Part shown: positions 1 through 8,733 of the stretch, piece by piece
Numbering within the stretch: position 1 is the first letter of the stretch
How the letters are laid out: each line of letters opens with the position of its first letter
Virus record (IMG/VR): IMGVR_UViG_3300010342_000180
Direction: 5' to 3' (one strand)
DNA: 20,000 nt
From: an uncultured virus (IMG/VR IMGVR_UViG_3300010342_000180)
Taxonomy: Duplodnaviria; Heunggongvirae; Uroviricota; Caudoviricetes
Notes under the pieces: model-generated
Databases searched by the model: none
Told to the model about the DNA's origin: nothing
What the model saw: only the letters and a program-made list of their open reading frames with translations
Position numbers and translations under genes: made by a program

Positions 1-2
1 GC

Positions 3-77
3 AATCCAATAAATTATGATAATGCCGAACTAGATAATGATACATATATAAATTATAAAGATTACGAAAATTTATGA
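3..77 (+). CDS. 3' end of a hypothetical protein (partial, runs off window)
   Basis: Open frame from the window edge to TGA 75-77, which overlaps the next ATG at 74 (ATGA coupling). Confidence 0.55.
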   Translation, partial: NPINYDNAELDNDTYINYKDYENL

Positions 78-481
78 TAGATACCGACTTTTTAACGTAT
101 GTTAAAAATTATTTTAAACAGTCTCCAAGTATAATTAAATCTGAATTGTTTTCTGAAAAACTGATACAGTCACAAAAAATAATTGACACATTATTAGAAA
201 AAAAATTATCAGATGAAACAGAAAATGAAGCAATAGAATACATATTTTCTACAAATTTTATATCTGAAAAAAATTTTATCGAAACCATTAATTTAGTTGA
301 GAAATCCCAAAACTTTAAAGATGAATGTAATAAATGTAATGCCCCAAAAAATCGCCAATCTAATGAATATAAAACATTTCTTTGGCATTACCTTAATAAT
401 GAGGTGTTCCCATTTAGATATGATGATTTATATGATTTAGTTTACGTCTTATGGTATTTTTATCATAATAAAAGGAATTAA
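74..481 (+). CDS. hypothetical protein (135 aa)
   Basis: ORF with an ATGA-coupled start; 4-nt convergent overlap with the next gene; one CxxC. Confidence 0.7.
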   Translation: MIDTDFLTYVKNYFKQSPSIIKSELFSEKLIQSQKIIDTLLEKKLSDETENEAIEYIFSTNFISEKNFIETINLVEKSQNFKDECNKCNAPKNRQSNEYKTFLWHYLNNEVFPFRYDDLYDLVYVLWYFYHNKRN

Positions 482-1623
482 TCCGTTTCACCTTCACCAG
501 TTTCTGATGTTAAAAGATTAAATTGATCTTCAGATAATGGTTCACCCATATTCAAATATTGTTTAAGTAAATGGAATCCACCTGGGGTTTTTCTATGATC
601 CCATAAATATTTAAATTGTTCATAGGTTAATATATGACCTCGACCAATATATTTCGTTTTATCAACAAAACTTAAGTTTTTAAACCATATTAAATTACTA
701 TTTGGACTTCCTAATTTTTTAAACTCTTCCTCTTCACTTTGAGTTTTTGGCTTATTAATAAATATTTCTTCAGTCGGAACACCCCGTTTTTGAAGATATT
801 CAATATATTTTAAAATATCATCACCAAACTCAGCAATATTATTTGGATGATTATTTGCATCTACAATTTCATATCCATCATTAAAAGATGAATTTGTACG
901 ATTAACAACCATCAAATGTAATGGATCATCAAAATCTCTGGTTTTATCAAAAACAAAATAAAATGTGCTACCTTTCTCATCACGATATGTTTGCCAGTAG
1001 GTATTACGGGGTCTTGAAATACAAAATTTATAATGTTGACCAGTTATACCACCCATCCCATATTTAATACATTTCCCAACATCATTACCATCATAAATTA
1101 CAATACCAGTTTTTTCTTCTTCAGGTGTTCTTGGAAATATCTGCGTAGCATCGTTTTCTATATCAACATTACTTTTCCATTGACCATATCCTGTTGCTAA
1201 ATCTACCATATTATTAATATAATCGGAAAATGCCTCATATTCTTTAAATGTTTTATTTCCAATATGATATTCACCACTTATATATGGCTTATCAATTATT
1301 GGCATTGGAATCTTGTTTGCATTTATTAATTCTGATATTTTTTTAAATGTATTTAAAACGTGGGCTAAATTACCAGATCTAACATATGATATCGCCATTG
1401 GTAATGTTAAAACTTTATTTTTTGTTTGATCTGCTATTCTAAATCGTTCAATGAATTTTATTGCTCCTTCTTTATCTACTCCAGAATTTTTGAAAAAATT
1501 TATGGCTGCCATCTCTGTTTGTCTAGATTCAAATAAATTATCAACAGATTCTGCAATAACAGATAATGGCTTATCTGACTCAAAATACATTAAAAATAAT
1601 GATCTTTTTATATTATTATTCAT
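478..1623 (-). CDS. hypothetical phage protein (~381 aa)
   Basis: Long ORF in AT-rich DNA. The segment KCIKYG...FCISR..NTYWQTYR...TFYFVFD is loosely reminiscent of PcfJ-like domains in large phages (weak). ATG 1623 preferred over TTG 1626. Confidence 0.8.
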   Translation of the reverse strand: MNNNIKRSLFLMYFESDKPLSVIAESVDNLFESRQTEMAAINFFKNSGVDKEGAIKFIERFRIADQTKNKVLTLPMAISYVRSGNLAHVLNTFKKISELINANKIPMPIIDKPYISGEYHIGNKTFKEYEAFSDYINNMVDLATGYGQWKSNVDIENDATQIFPRTPEEEKTGIVIYDGNDVGKCIKYGMGGITGQHYKFCISRPRNTYWQTYRDEKGSTFYFVFDKTRDFDDPLHLMVVNRTNSSFNDGYEIVDANNHPNNIAEFGDDILKYIEYLQKRGVPTEEIFINKPKTQSEEEEFKKLGSPNSNLIWFKNLSFVDKTKYIGRGHILTYEQFKYLWDHRKTPGGFHLLKQYLNMGEPLSEDQFNLLTSETGEGETD

Positions 1624-1680
1624 CAAATTATAAATATATTATAATATAAACCCCATAATTTTTATTATACAAATAAATAT

Positions 1681-2790
1681 TTATAATTTTTTAATATGGG
1701 GCATTAATTTAGGACCTAATAATGGCTGTTTTCCTATCATATTATATAATGTTTTTAAAGTAAACTTATTAAATAGATTATCTCCTACCTTATCATATAT
1801 ATAATCAAATAATTCTGGATGGATTATTAATATGTCTTCTATGTCAAATGAATATAAATTAGAAAAATTATATTTTAAATCATAAATAATTTTAGGATGT
1901 TTAATAATTAATTCTTTAACTGCTTCAGTAAACATATTCGACGCGTCAATTTCTTTTGCTAATTCAGGTTGACTCATGAATAATCTATATTTAATTATGG
2001 AATGAAGATTATTTACTAAATCCTTATCAATATATTTCACTATATCAGGATGCTCTATAATTAAATTTCCAATCGTATAATCTGCAACTAATGATAATTT
2101 TGATTTTAATTTATTTCCGGGATTAGTTACAACGTAATATAATATCGATAAATCTGATAGCATAAATGCTATATCGTCATCAGGTATATGATCAAAATTA
2201 AGATAATTACTTAATTCAGGGTTTTGCTGCAATAATGTAAACATATCATACCAACGTAAATGAGTAAGATTTAACTTATTTGCTAATGAAGGTGATTTTA
2301 TTATTATTTGTTTTAGTATTTCAGGTTCATTAATTGATTTTAAATTAAAAAAATATCCTAGTTTCGGGTGATGTAATATGAGATTTTCAAGATCTGTACT
2401 TTTTTCAATATCTTTCTTTTTATCTTCTGGTATTATTTTAATCAATTCCGGCCGAAAATATAATGCATCGATAAATTCACTTGTATGAACATTTTCCAAA
2501 TTTAAGTAAGGTATTAATTTCGGAATATATTTTAGTATCTCTTCTTTATGTGATATAAGCCTATAATCATCTTTTTTAAAATTATAATTTTCTATGGATT
2601 CTGGATGTTTAATTATTTCATCTATTATAGAAGAATATGAAAAGCTCATATTTTCTATATTAAAAAATTCTGGGTGAGATGTTATAAAATCAAATTCTAA
2701 ACAAGACCATTTATTATATGGTTGTTTATTATTAATTATATCTCTTTTACGAAAATAAGTAGATATTAATTCTTTTTGATTTTTATCCAT
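1681..2790 (-). CDS. helical-repeat hypothetical protein (369 aa)
   Basis: About 11 degenerate ~23-25 aa repeats with core [IL][IL]xxP[EK][LI], e.g. IIKHPESI, ILHHPKLG, LQQNPELS, IIEHPDIV, LIIHPELF. Confidence 0.8.
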   Translation of the reverse strand: MDKNQKELISTYFRKRDIINNKQPYNKWSCLEFDFITSHPEFFNIENMSFSYSSIIDEIIKHPESIENYNFKKDDYRLISHKEEILKYIPKLIPYLNLENVHTSEFIDALYFRPELIKIIPEDKKKDIEKSTDLENLILHHPKLGYFFNLKSINEPEILKQIIIKSPSLANKLNLTHLRWYDMFTLLQQNPELSNYLNFDHIPDDDIAFMLSDLSILYYVVTNPGNKLKSKLSLVADYTIGNLIIEHPDIVKYIDKDLVNNLHSIIKYRLFMSQPELAKEIDASNMFTEAVKELIIKHPKIIYDLKYNFSNLYSFDIEDILIIHPELFDYIYDKVGDNLFNKFTLKTLYNMIGKQPLLGPKLMPHIKKL

Positions 2791-3051
2791 ATCTAATATA
2801 CATTTTAAATAAATATTTAATTATTATACATTTTATCATTTATTGTCCATGAATAATTTGTTATTATCGATGAATGTCGCATTTCTCCCACATCTGAATA
2901 TTTACTTCCTTCAATATCTAATGTTAATTCACTAACAAACATTTTTTCTGATATTTTTATTGTAAATACTTTTATTCTTGAGTTATAATTTTATATATTA
3001 AATAATAGTTATGGAAAATACTTATAATAATTTAAAAAATCTTTATTGATA

Positions 3052-3327
3052 ATGTCACAAGATAATATGAATGTAATTGAACAACTGAGAAAACAAATTG
3101 ATAAATGCGATGATGAAATTTTTACCGCACTTAGAAATAGATGCAATATATCTTATCTCATCGGTGTACATAAAAAAAATTATAATATGCCTGTTGTAGA
3201 TAATGACCGATTTATTAAAATGGTAAATGATAAAGTTGATGTATATAAAAGTAGATTTATGGATGAAGATTTTATAAAAGAAATATATAATGTTATTCAT
3301 AAACATTCTTGTAAATTACAGGCATAA
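3052..3327 (+). CDS. stand-alone chorismate mutase, type II (AroQ class)
   Basis: LRKQIDKCDDEIFTALRNR...IGVHKK..MPVVDNDR...FIKEIYNVIHKHSCKLQ matches the AroQ pattern, with candidate catalytic Arg, Arg, Lys, Asp, Arg, Ser and Gln. Start ATG 3052 or 3067. Confidence 0.85.
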   Translation: MSQDNMNVIEQLRKQIDKCDDEIFTALRNRCNISYLIGVHKKNYNMPVVDNDRFIKMVNDKVDVYKSRFMDEDFIKEIYNVIHKHSCKLQA

Positions 3328-3344
3328 TTAATAGGTTATAATTT

Positions 3345-3557
3345 CTAATTTTTTCCGGAAATTTTTTTTGATTTGGATGTTTCCTGATTTTATGAAATTT
3401 TTGGCAAAAATTTTTTTTGAAAAAGGGGGGTCTGAATTTTTACTAATTTTTTCCGGAAATTTTTTTTGATTTGGATGTTTCCTGATTTTATGAAATTTTT
3501 GGCAAAAATTTTTTTTGAAAAAGGGGGGTCTGAATTTTTACTAATTTTTTCCGGAAA
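3345..3557. repeat. 98-bp tandem repeat, 2 copies plus partial
   Basis: CTAATTTTTTCCGGAAA starts at 3345, 3443 and 3541; the two full copies read as identical. Confidence 0.95.
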
Positions 3558-3612
3558 AATTTTATACGGGCTATTGAGCCCACTTTTAAGTACCTAAAAA
3601 TGACTATATTAA

Positions 3613-3674
3613 GGGGGGATACGGAGAAGGGGGGGGGGAGGGGGGAGGGGGTATAGGACTAAATAGGAGGGGGG
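3613..3674 (+). other. G-run tract, putative G-quadruplex
   Basis: G6 (3613-18), G10 (3629-38), G6 (3640-45), G5 (3647-51), G6 (3669-74) in otherwise very AT-rich DNA. Confidence 0.8.
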
Positions 3675-3877
3675 TTGTTACTTGATTTTTTCTGCAACCC
3701 AACATTACGGTCGGATCTCGACGATCCACTGGTAATAAATCAAGGAGCAAAATCATCGTAATCAATTTTTATTTTTTAAAAAATGAAATTTGCTTCTTGA
3801 GTTTAAAACTGTACCAACCATCATCCGACTCAAGTTAATTTTTTAAATTTACTCCTTGATTTTTATTTTAACCTCAC

Positions 3878-3909
3878 AAAAAAAGGGGCTCGTATTTGAA
3901 CCCCTTTTT
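3878..3909 (-). terminator. intrinsic terminator (possibly bidirectional)
   Basis: AAAAAAAGGGG-CTCGTATTTGAA-CCCCTTTTT, just downstream of the minus-strand gene ending at 3927. Confidence 0.75.
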
Positions 3910-3926
3910 AGACATTTTAAGACACT

Positions 3927-4526
3927 TTATACATTTACCATATCCACACTTACATCTACACTACTTTCAACGGGAGAATTCTTAATAATATATTGATTAC
4001 CCATAAAATGTATTCTCTTAATATTATCTATCGCAATACTTGGATATATTACCTTTAATGGATTAGGATTACTCTTAATAAGATAAGATTCTAATAATTT
4101 TTTTTCGATAACGTTACCAAAATGACGGTATTTTATCTTTAATTTATCATTTTTGTATACTTCATATTGTAGGTAGTATTTTTTAGTATTATCATTATAT
4201 AACACACACTTTGATATGTGGTTACCAACTTTACAGACTTGAGGTTCAAATTCATCTAAATTATTCACCACCTTAACCCTGTCCGAATAATTATTACCCA
4301 TCAGATAATTACCTTCTGCAATTTTTATAATATCCACTTTTCTTGAAGTTGACATACGACCACTTTTAGTAACAGATATATCTTCACGTGTATATGGATT
4401 TTCCGTAACTCTCATTTTGGGACGAGTTTCGTATCTCATCCAAAAAAATGTGCCCCTTTCCTGTGTGGAGAGTAATTTTACTAATTCATCTGTCGTTATT
4501 TCGATAATTTTTCTTTCCTTTTTCAT
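3927..4526 (-). CDS. hypothetical phage protein (199 aa)
   Basis: Start revised to ATG 4526 (MKKERK) because the longer ORF start lies inside the promoter; ETRPKMRVTENPY motif. Confidence 0.8.
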   Translation of the reverse strand: MKKERKIIEITTDELVKLLSTQERGTFFWMRYETRPKMRVTENPYTREDISVTKSGRMSTSRKVDIIKIAEGNYLMGNNYSDRVKVVNNLDEFEPQVCKVGNHISKCVLYNDNTKKYYLQYEVYKNDKLKIKYRHFGNVIEKKLLESYLIKSNPNPLKVIYPSIAIDNIKRIHFMGNQYIIKNSPVESSVDVSVDMVNV

Positions 4527-4553
4527 TTTAATAATTCTAATGGTTACACTCCA

Positions 4554-4584
4554 CAAAGTAAAAAAAATAATTGACATTTACAAA
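4554..4584 (-). promoter_or_regulatory. Bacteroidota-type promoter (minus strand)
   Basis: TTTG-N19-TTACTTTG on the minus strand (one mismatch to TAnnTTTG); the spacer contains AAATGTCA as in the other promoters. Confidence 0.55.
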
Positions 4585-4618
4585 TTATTTTGTAACAAAA
4601 TTTAATCAATATAAAAAA

Positions 4619-4873
4619 TCAAGCAACAAAAAATTCAAGTACCAAAAACCGTATTATATTTTGTTTCTCCAGATCTTGAAATCTAGACCCTCATCTTGGA
4701 ATCTATGCTCTTAAAATTCAAGTAGCAAAAACCATAAACGTGTAGACTTGTCAAGTAACAAGTTTAATGTTATTTGCTACTTGATTATTTATTAACCAAG
4801 AAAACATATCCTGTTATGATGTCAAATACCGAGTTTAATATTATTTGCTACTTGATTATTTATTAACCAGGAA
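4619..4873. repeat. cluster of 12-mer motifs and two partial copies of the 59-bp unit
   Basis: Reverse-orientation motif at 4619, 4635, 4718, 4751; forward TTTGCTACTTGA at 4773, 4844; 4771-4873 is homologous to the 6527 array. Confidence 0.85.
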
Positions 4874-4963
4874 TTTCGGAAGGAGAAACTGTCATTTAAC
4901 AACCGAATAGTATAATTATTTATCCAATATATGGGATAATATTTAAGAAAATGATAATATTAT

Positions 4964-4994
4964 TTTGTAAATTCAAAAACTTTACATATTTTTG
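4964..4994 (+). promoter_or_regulatory. Bacteroidota-type promoter
   Basis: TTTG-N19-TATTTTTG about 30 nt upstream of ATG 5024. Confidence 0.75.
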
Positions 4995-5023
4995 ATTCAA
5001 TGTTTAACTTAATACTTTGAATT

Positions 5024-5308
5024 ATGGAAATGATTTGTGATTTTTCAATCGGAATTGACAATGGTATTGAAAAAAATGTTTTTTTATATGATAACAGATT
5101 TACTGAGGATGAAATTATGGAGTTTTTAGAAAACGTTATCCATGATAAGTTAATTACTATTGGTGAGTGGTGTGAAGGTACAATATCCGATAGTTCTGAT
5201 ACAATTATTATTCAATCCCGTTGGTGTTCAAACTATCAAAAGAGTTGGAGTGATAGTGTATGGACAAACGAGGAAATATCTATTCCGAGGAAAGTATATA
5301 ATATTTAA
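5024..5308 (+). CDS. acidic hypothetical protein (94 aa)
   Basis: ORF lying between a promoter and a terminator. Confidence 0.8.
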   Translation: MEMICDFSIGIDNGIEKNVFLYDNRFTEDEIMEFLENVIHDKLITIGEWCEGTISDSSDTIIIQSRWCSNYQKSWSDSVWTNEEISIPRKVYNI

Positions 5309-5329
5309 TTTACCATAAGTTTTGAGATT

Positions 5330-5357
5330 AAGGGTGGATAACGTCTACCCTTTTTTT
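5330..5357 (+). terminator. intrinsic terminator
   Basis: AAGGGTGGA-TAACG-TCTACCCTT followed by a T-run. Confidence 0.85.
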
Positions 5358-5444
5358 ATTTATAAAGGAGTAAACATGGTATCAACACCATAAGAAATGA
5401 TGTGGCGCATAAAAAATTAAGTAGCAAAAATAGTATTACACAAT

Positions 5445-5532
5445 GTTTATTTGCTCCATGACTTATTGTCAAAACCGTCGAAATCTAAGTTTATTTGCTC
5501 CATGACTTATTGTCAAAACCGTCGAAATCTAA
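5445..5532. repeat. 44-bp tandem repeat x2
   Basis: GTTTATTTGCTCCATGACTTATTGTCAAAACCGTCGAAATCTAA at 5445 and 5489. Confidence 0.95.
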
Positions 5533-5579
5533 CTCAAGAAAAAAAAAATAATTTTGTAGTAAAATAATTTAAAAAATCC

Positions 5580-5610
5580 ATTGTCATATCAAAAATTTTA
5601 CATATATTTG
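5580..5610 (+). promoter_or_regulatory. Bacteroidota-type promoter
   Basis: ATTG-N19-TATATTTG; identical to 8496-8526. Confidence 0.75.
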
Positions 5611-5640
5611 TATAGTATTAAATCAATAAAACATGACATT

Positions 5641-5940
5641 ATGGAAAGAATAACCGTTAAATTTCATAGAATCTATAGGTATTCTGACCCGACAAACAGG
5701 TTTAAATCTGAAATTAAATTTTATATAATAGATGATAAAATTATGGGAACAATGATTTTGATCGGTAGTAAATTAGTGTCAATGGAGGTAATAATTGGTC
5801 CATTTGATTTTGAAGTTATTCCATGTTTTGAAAATAATTTAAGAGAGTGTGAAAAAGATGGTATAATTTCAAATTTGAGTTTTGAGGATGAGATTGAGAT
5901 GATTAAAATTGAAATGCCAATAAGTCCGATGATGAATTGA
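5641..5940 (+). CDS. hypothetical protein (99 aa)
   Basis: Start revised to ATG 5641; the TTG at 5581 is the promoter -33 box. Confidence 0.75.
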   Translation: MERITVKFHRIYRYSDPTNRFKSEIKFYIIDDKIMGTMILIGSKLVSMEVIIGPFDFEVIPCFENNLRECEKDGIISNLSFEDEIEMIKIEMPISPMMN

Positions 5941-6089
5941 TTTTAATTAAACATTATGAAAAAAGGTTAATAATTTGTCCACATATTTATAATTTCGATG
6001 AAATGATCATTTTTTTGATGAATAATTTGGAAATATCAAAAATTGTTTTTAAAATTACATCATTAAATTAATTTATTTAATAATATGTT

Positions 6090-6380
6090 ATGGTAACCAA
6101 AAAACGTATGACAGGACAAGATTATCTTAAAAAATATAATGATTTGAAGTTAAGTTTATCGTCATTAGATTCACACATAACCGAGAGATTAATGTTCTTA
6201 TCAAAACAATTTCCTGAGGCGATTATAATTAATTATCGAGATGATCCAATTAAAGCGAAATGTCTTACAAAAGGATGGGTAGAAAGAGAATCAATTGAAA
6301 ATCGAATATTATATATTCAAAATATTGAAAAGTGGAATAGAGAACAAGAAAATATTATACAATTAAAAATAGTAGAATAG
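6090..6380 (+). CDS. hypothetical protein (96 aa)
   Basis: ORF preceded by a degenerate promoter (TTTGGAAATATCA at 6026) and followed by a terminator. Confidence 0.8.
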   Translation: MVTKKRMTGQDYLKKYNDLKLSLSSLDSHITERLMFLSKQFPEAIIINYRDDPIKAKCLTKGWVERESIENRILYIQNIEKWNREQENIIQLKIVE

Positions 6381-6427
6381 GTAGGTTGTCTGTTTAGTTT
6401 CATCACGTTGATTTTAAGTTGGCTAAG

Positions 6428-6460
6428 AAACCTTGTGAAGAAATTCACAAGGTTTTTTTT
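6428..6460 (+). terminator. intrinsic terminator
   Basis: AAACCTTGTGAA-GAAA-TTCACAAGGTTT plus T-run. Confidence 0.9.
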
Positions 6461-6526
6461 ATTATTAATATAGAATATTCGATCTAAGACAAGATTTATT
6501 AAAATATCAAGTACCAAGTTTAATAT

Positions 6527-6837
6527 TATTTGCTACTTGATTATTTATTAACCAGGAAGAGATGTCCTGTTATGATGTCAAATACTATTTGCTACTTGAT
6601 TATTTATTAACCAGGAAGAGATGTCCTGTTATGATGTCAAATACTATTTGCTACTTGATTATTTATTAACCAGGAAGAGATGCCCTGTTCTAATGTCAAA
6701 TACCATTTGCTACTTGATTATTTATTAACCAGGAAGAGATGCCCTGTTCTAATGTCAAATACCATTTGCTACTTGATTATTTATTAACCAGGAAGAGATG
6801 CCCTGTTATGATGTCAAATACTATTTGCTACTTGATT
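6527..6837. repeat. 59-bp tandem array, 5 copies plus partial
   Basis: TTTGCTACTTGA at 6529, 6588, 6647, 6706, 6765, 6824; few substitutions between units. Confidence 0.97.
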
Positions 6838-6947
6838 TCTTTTGCCCTGGCGCAGATATGTACCGGCAATAAAAAAGTGGTGTATTTTTAAAAATAACTA
6901 TTAAAAAATTTGGAAATTTGGGAATTATCATCTGAATAAATACAATT

Positions 6948-6976
6948 AGATGAATTTCGGTTCATCTTTTTATTTT
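6948..6976 (+). terminator. terminator-like hairpin with UUCG loop
   Basis: AGATGAAT-TTCG-GTTCATCT followed by TTTTATTTT; no gene immediately upstream. Confidence 0.55.
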
Positions 6977-7085
6977 AAAATAATTGCTGATTGATTTTCA
7001 ATTTTTTGACCACAATAAATTTTTGACAAATAATTTGGAAATCTCAAATATTTTACTTAATATTACGGTTTTATATTTTATAATT

Positions 7086-7541
7086 ATGTTAAATTTGGAA
7101 GAAGTTTCATATGATTTATCTAAAGAGGTTAATACCAATTTCTCTAGTTATTTAAATATGATGAAAATTAATAATAAAGATATATTGGTTTTGTCACCGA
7201 TTAATCATTATTATTATAACTTTAATGAATTAGGTAATGTGAAAATATTGGTCCAAACTAAGGAATTTAATAGAATACATAATATTAATAAATTTCTTTC
7301 CGATGTTTCAAAAGTATTATCAAACAAATCAACATTTATCGGTTGTTTTGAAGATAATAAGATTCGTAAAACCGTAACACATATTGATAAAATATTATTT
7401 TACTTATTAAACTTATCAGAAATAGGTGACAGAAAATATTTGTCAAGAAAATTTATGTTAAACTTATTTGTAAAATATGGATTTAAGGTTGTTGATATAA
7501 CAGAAATAGGTAGATATACATATTTTTGTATAAAAAAATAA
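7086..7541 (+). CDS. hypothetical protein resembling a Bacteroidales methyltransferase-like / sugar-transferase N-terminal domain (151 aa)
   Basis: KEFNRIHNINKFL..VSKVL....TFIGCFED...YGFKVVDITEI...TYF pattern recalled from Bacteroidales proteins. Start ATG 7086 downstream of TTTGGAAATCTCA (7034). Confidence 0.6.
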   Translation: MLNLEEVSYDLSKEVNTNFSSYLNMMKINNKDILVLSPINHYYYNFNELGNVKILVQTKEFNRIHNINKFLSDVSKVLSNKSTFIGCFEDNKIRKTVTHIDKILFYLLNLSEIGDRKYLSRKFMLNLFVKYGFKVVDITEIGRYTYFCIKK

Positions 7542-7549
7542 CAAAAAAA

Positions 7550-7581
7550 ATTGGAAATATCATATAAAGTTTTTATTTTTA
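7550..7581 (+). promoter_or_regulatory. Bacteroidota-type promoter (repeated phage version)
   Basis: ATTG-GAAATATCATATAAAGTTTT-TATTTTTA. Confidence 0.7.
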
Positions 7582-7627
7582 CATTGTAGGAGAAAATGAT
7601 TTATCGGTATAATTAAAATTTAAAACG

Positions 7628-7843
7628 ATGGAATATAAAATTCTTGCTTCAAAATATCATCATAGATTAGCAGAACTAGTTAACAATCATATTAAAGATG
7701 ATTGGATACCTCTTGGGAGTCATGTAATCACAGAAGTATGTAGACATAATCGTTATAATAATGATAGCCGACATATTGAAACAATAATTGATGTTGAATA
7801 TAGTCAAACGATGATTAAAAATGAAACCAAAAATCGACATTGA
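7628..7843 (+). CDS. DUF1737-like small protein
   Basis: MEYKIL..LAELVN..IKDDWIPLG...YSQTMIK pattern. Confidence 0.65.
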   Translation: MEYKILASKYHHRLAELVNNHIKDDWIPLGSHVITEVCRHNRYNNDSRHIETIIDVEYSQTMIKNETKNRH

Positions 7844-8024
7844 AAAATTAAGGGAAACTTATCTCGGTAAAAGGATTAAGTGTATTTGGATGAATAATCT
7901 ACATCCAATACTTCCACAAACGAAAGGTACGGTTGAACATATTGATGATATGGGTACATTACACATAAAATGGGATAATGGTAGAATACTTGGAATAAGA
8001 TATTTTCATTCTCTGTTAGGTTAG
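7821..8024 (+). CDS. DUF4314-family protein (C-terminus possibly altered)
   Basis: GKRI..IWM...PILPQTKGTVEHIDDMGTLHIKWDNGRILG signature. Confidence 0.85.
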   Translation: MKPKIDIEKLRETYLGKRIKCIWMNNLHPILPQTKGTVEHIDDMGTLHIKWDNGRILGIRYFHSLLG

Positions 8025-8041
8025 GTTGTTTTTCATATTTG

Positions 8042-8072
8042 ACCCCCGATGTCGTGACATTGGGGGTTTTTT
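8042..8072 (+). terminator. intrinsic terminator
   Basis: ACCCCCGATGTC-GT-GACATTGGGGGT plus T-run. Confidence 0.9.
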
Positions 8073-8188
8073 ATTTTTAAAAATATTGGGAATTTTATTG
8101 TTTCCTCAGATCAGATTTTATCAACACCATAAGAAATGATGTGGCGCATAAAAAATTAAGTAGCAAAAATAGTATTACACAATGTTTA

Positions 8189-8424
8189 TTTGCTCCATGA
8201 CTTATTTACCAGAACCGTCGTAGAGAGTGTCGAGTAAAGAATATAGAACTCTATCTTAACTTAACTTTTGCTCCATGACTTATTTACCAGAACCGTCGTA
8301 GAGAGTGTCGAGTAAAGAATATAGAACTCTATCTTAACTTAACTTTTGCTCCATGACTTATTTACCAGAACCGTCGTAGAGAGTGTCGAGTAAAGAATAT
8401 AGAACTCTATCTTAACTTAACTTT
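8189..8424. repeat. 78-bp tandem array x3
   Basis: TTTGCTCCATGACTTATTTACCAGAACCGTCG... at 8189, 8267, 8345. Confidence 0.97.
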
Positions 8425-8495
8425 CTATTACCAAAACCATCGAAATTTAACTCAAGAAAAAAAATAATTTTGTAGTAAAATAATTTAAAAAATCC

Positions 8496-8526
8496 ATTGT
8501 CATATCAAAAATTTTACATATATTTG
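8496..8526 (+). promoter_or_regulatory. Bacteroidota-type promoter
   Basis: ATTG-N19-TATATTTG; identical to 5580-5610. Confidence 0.75.
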
Positions 8527-8556
8527 TATAGTGTTAAATCAATAAAACTTAAAGTT

Positions 8557-8667
8557 ATGAAAACAAAGAAAATTGACGTACCAGAATGGAAATTATGGGT
8601 TATTTATTTCTTTCTTATGGGCACAATTATCTTAGTCAGGCATCTCATAATTTTTCATATCATTTAA
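8557..8667 (+). CDS. small single-pass membrane protein (36 aa), not in the ORF track
   Basis: MKTKKIDVPEWKLWVIYFFLMGTIILVRHLIIFHII; the ATG is at the same distance from its promoter as ATG 5641 is from the identical promoter. Confidence 0.65.
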   Translation: MKTKKIDVPEWKLWVIYFFLMGTIILVRHLIIFHII

Positions 8668-8677
8668 AATTAAAATA

Positions 8678-8709
8678 GTTGGAAATGTCATATAAAGTTT
8701 ATATCTTTA
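8678..8709 (+). promoter_or_regulatory. Bacteroidota-type promoter (repeated phage version)
   Basis: GTTG-GAAATGTCATATAAAGTTTA-TATCTTTA. Confidence 0.75.
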
Positions 8710-8733
8710 CACTATAAATCAAAATATGATATT

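Noticed and set aside
5581..5640. N-terminal extensions in the ORF track (starts 5581, 4577, 6984, 12867)
   Set aside because: These alternative starts fall inside or upstream of the predicted promoters; downstream ATGs fit the leader spacing.
6527..6837. CRISPR array
   Set aside because: Segments between the conserved motifs are near-identical, not unique spacers, and no cas genes are present. The same applies to the arrays at 8189, 12383, 13917 and 19561.
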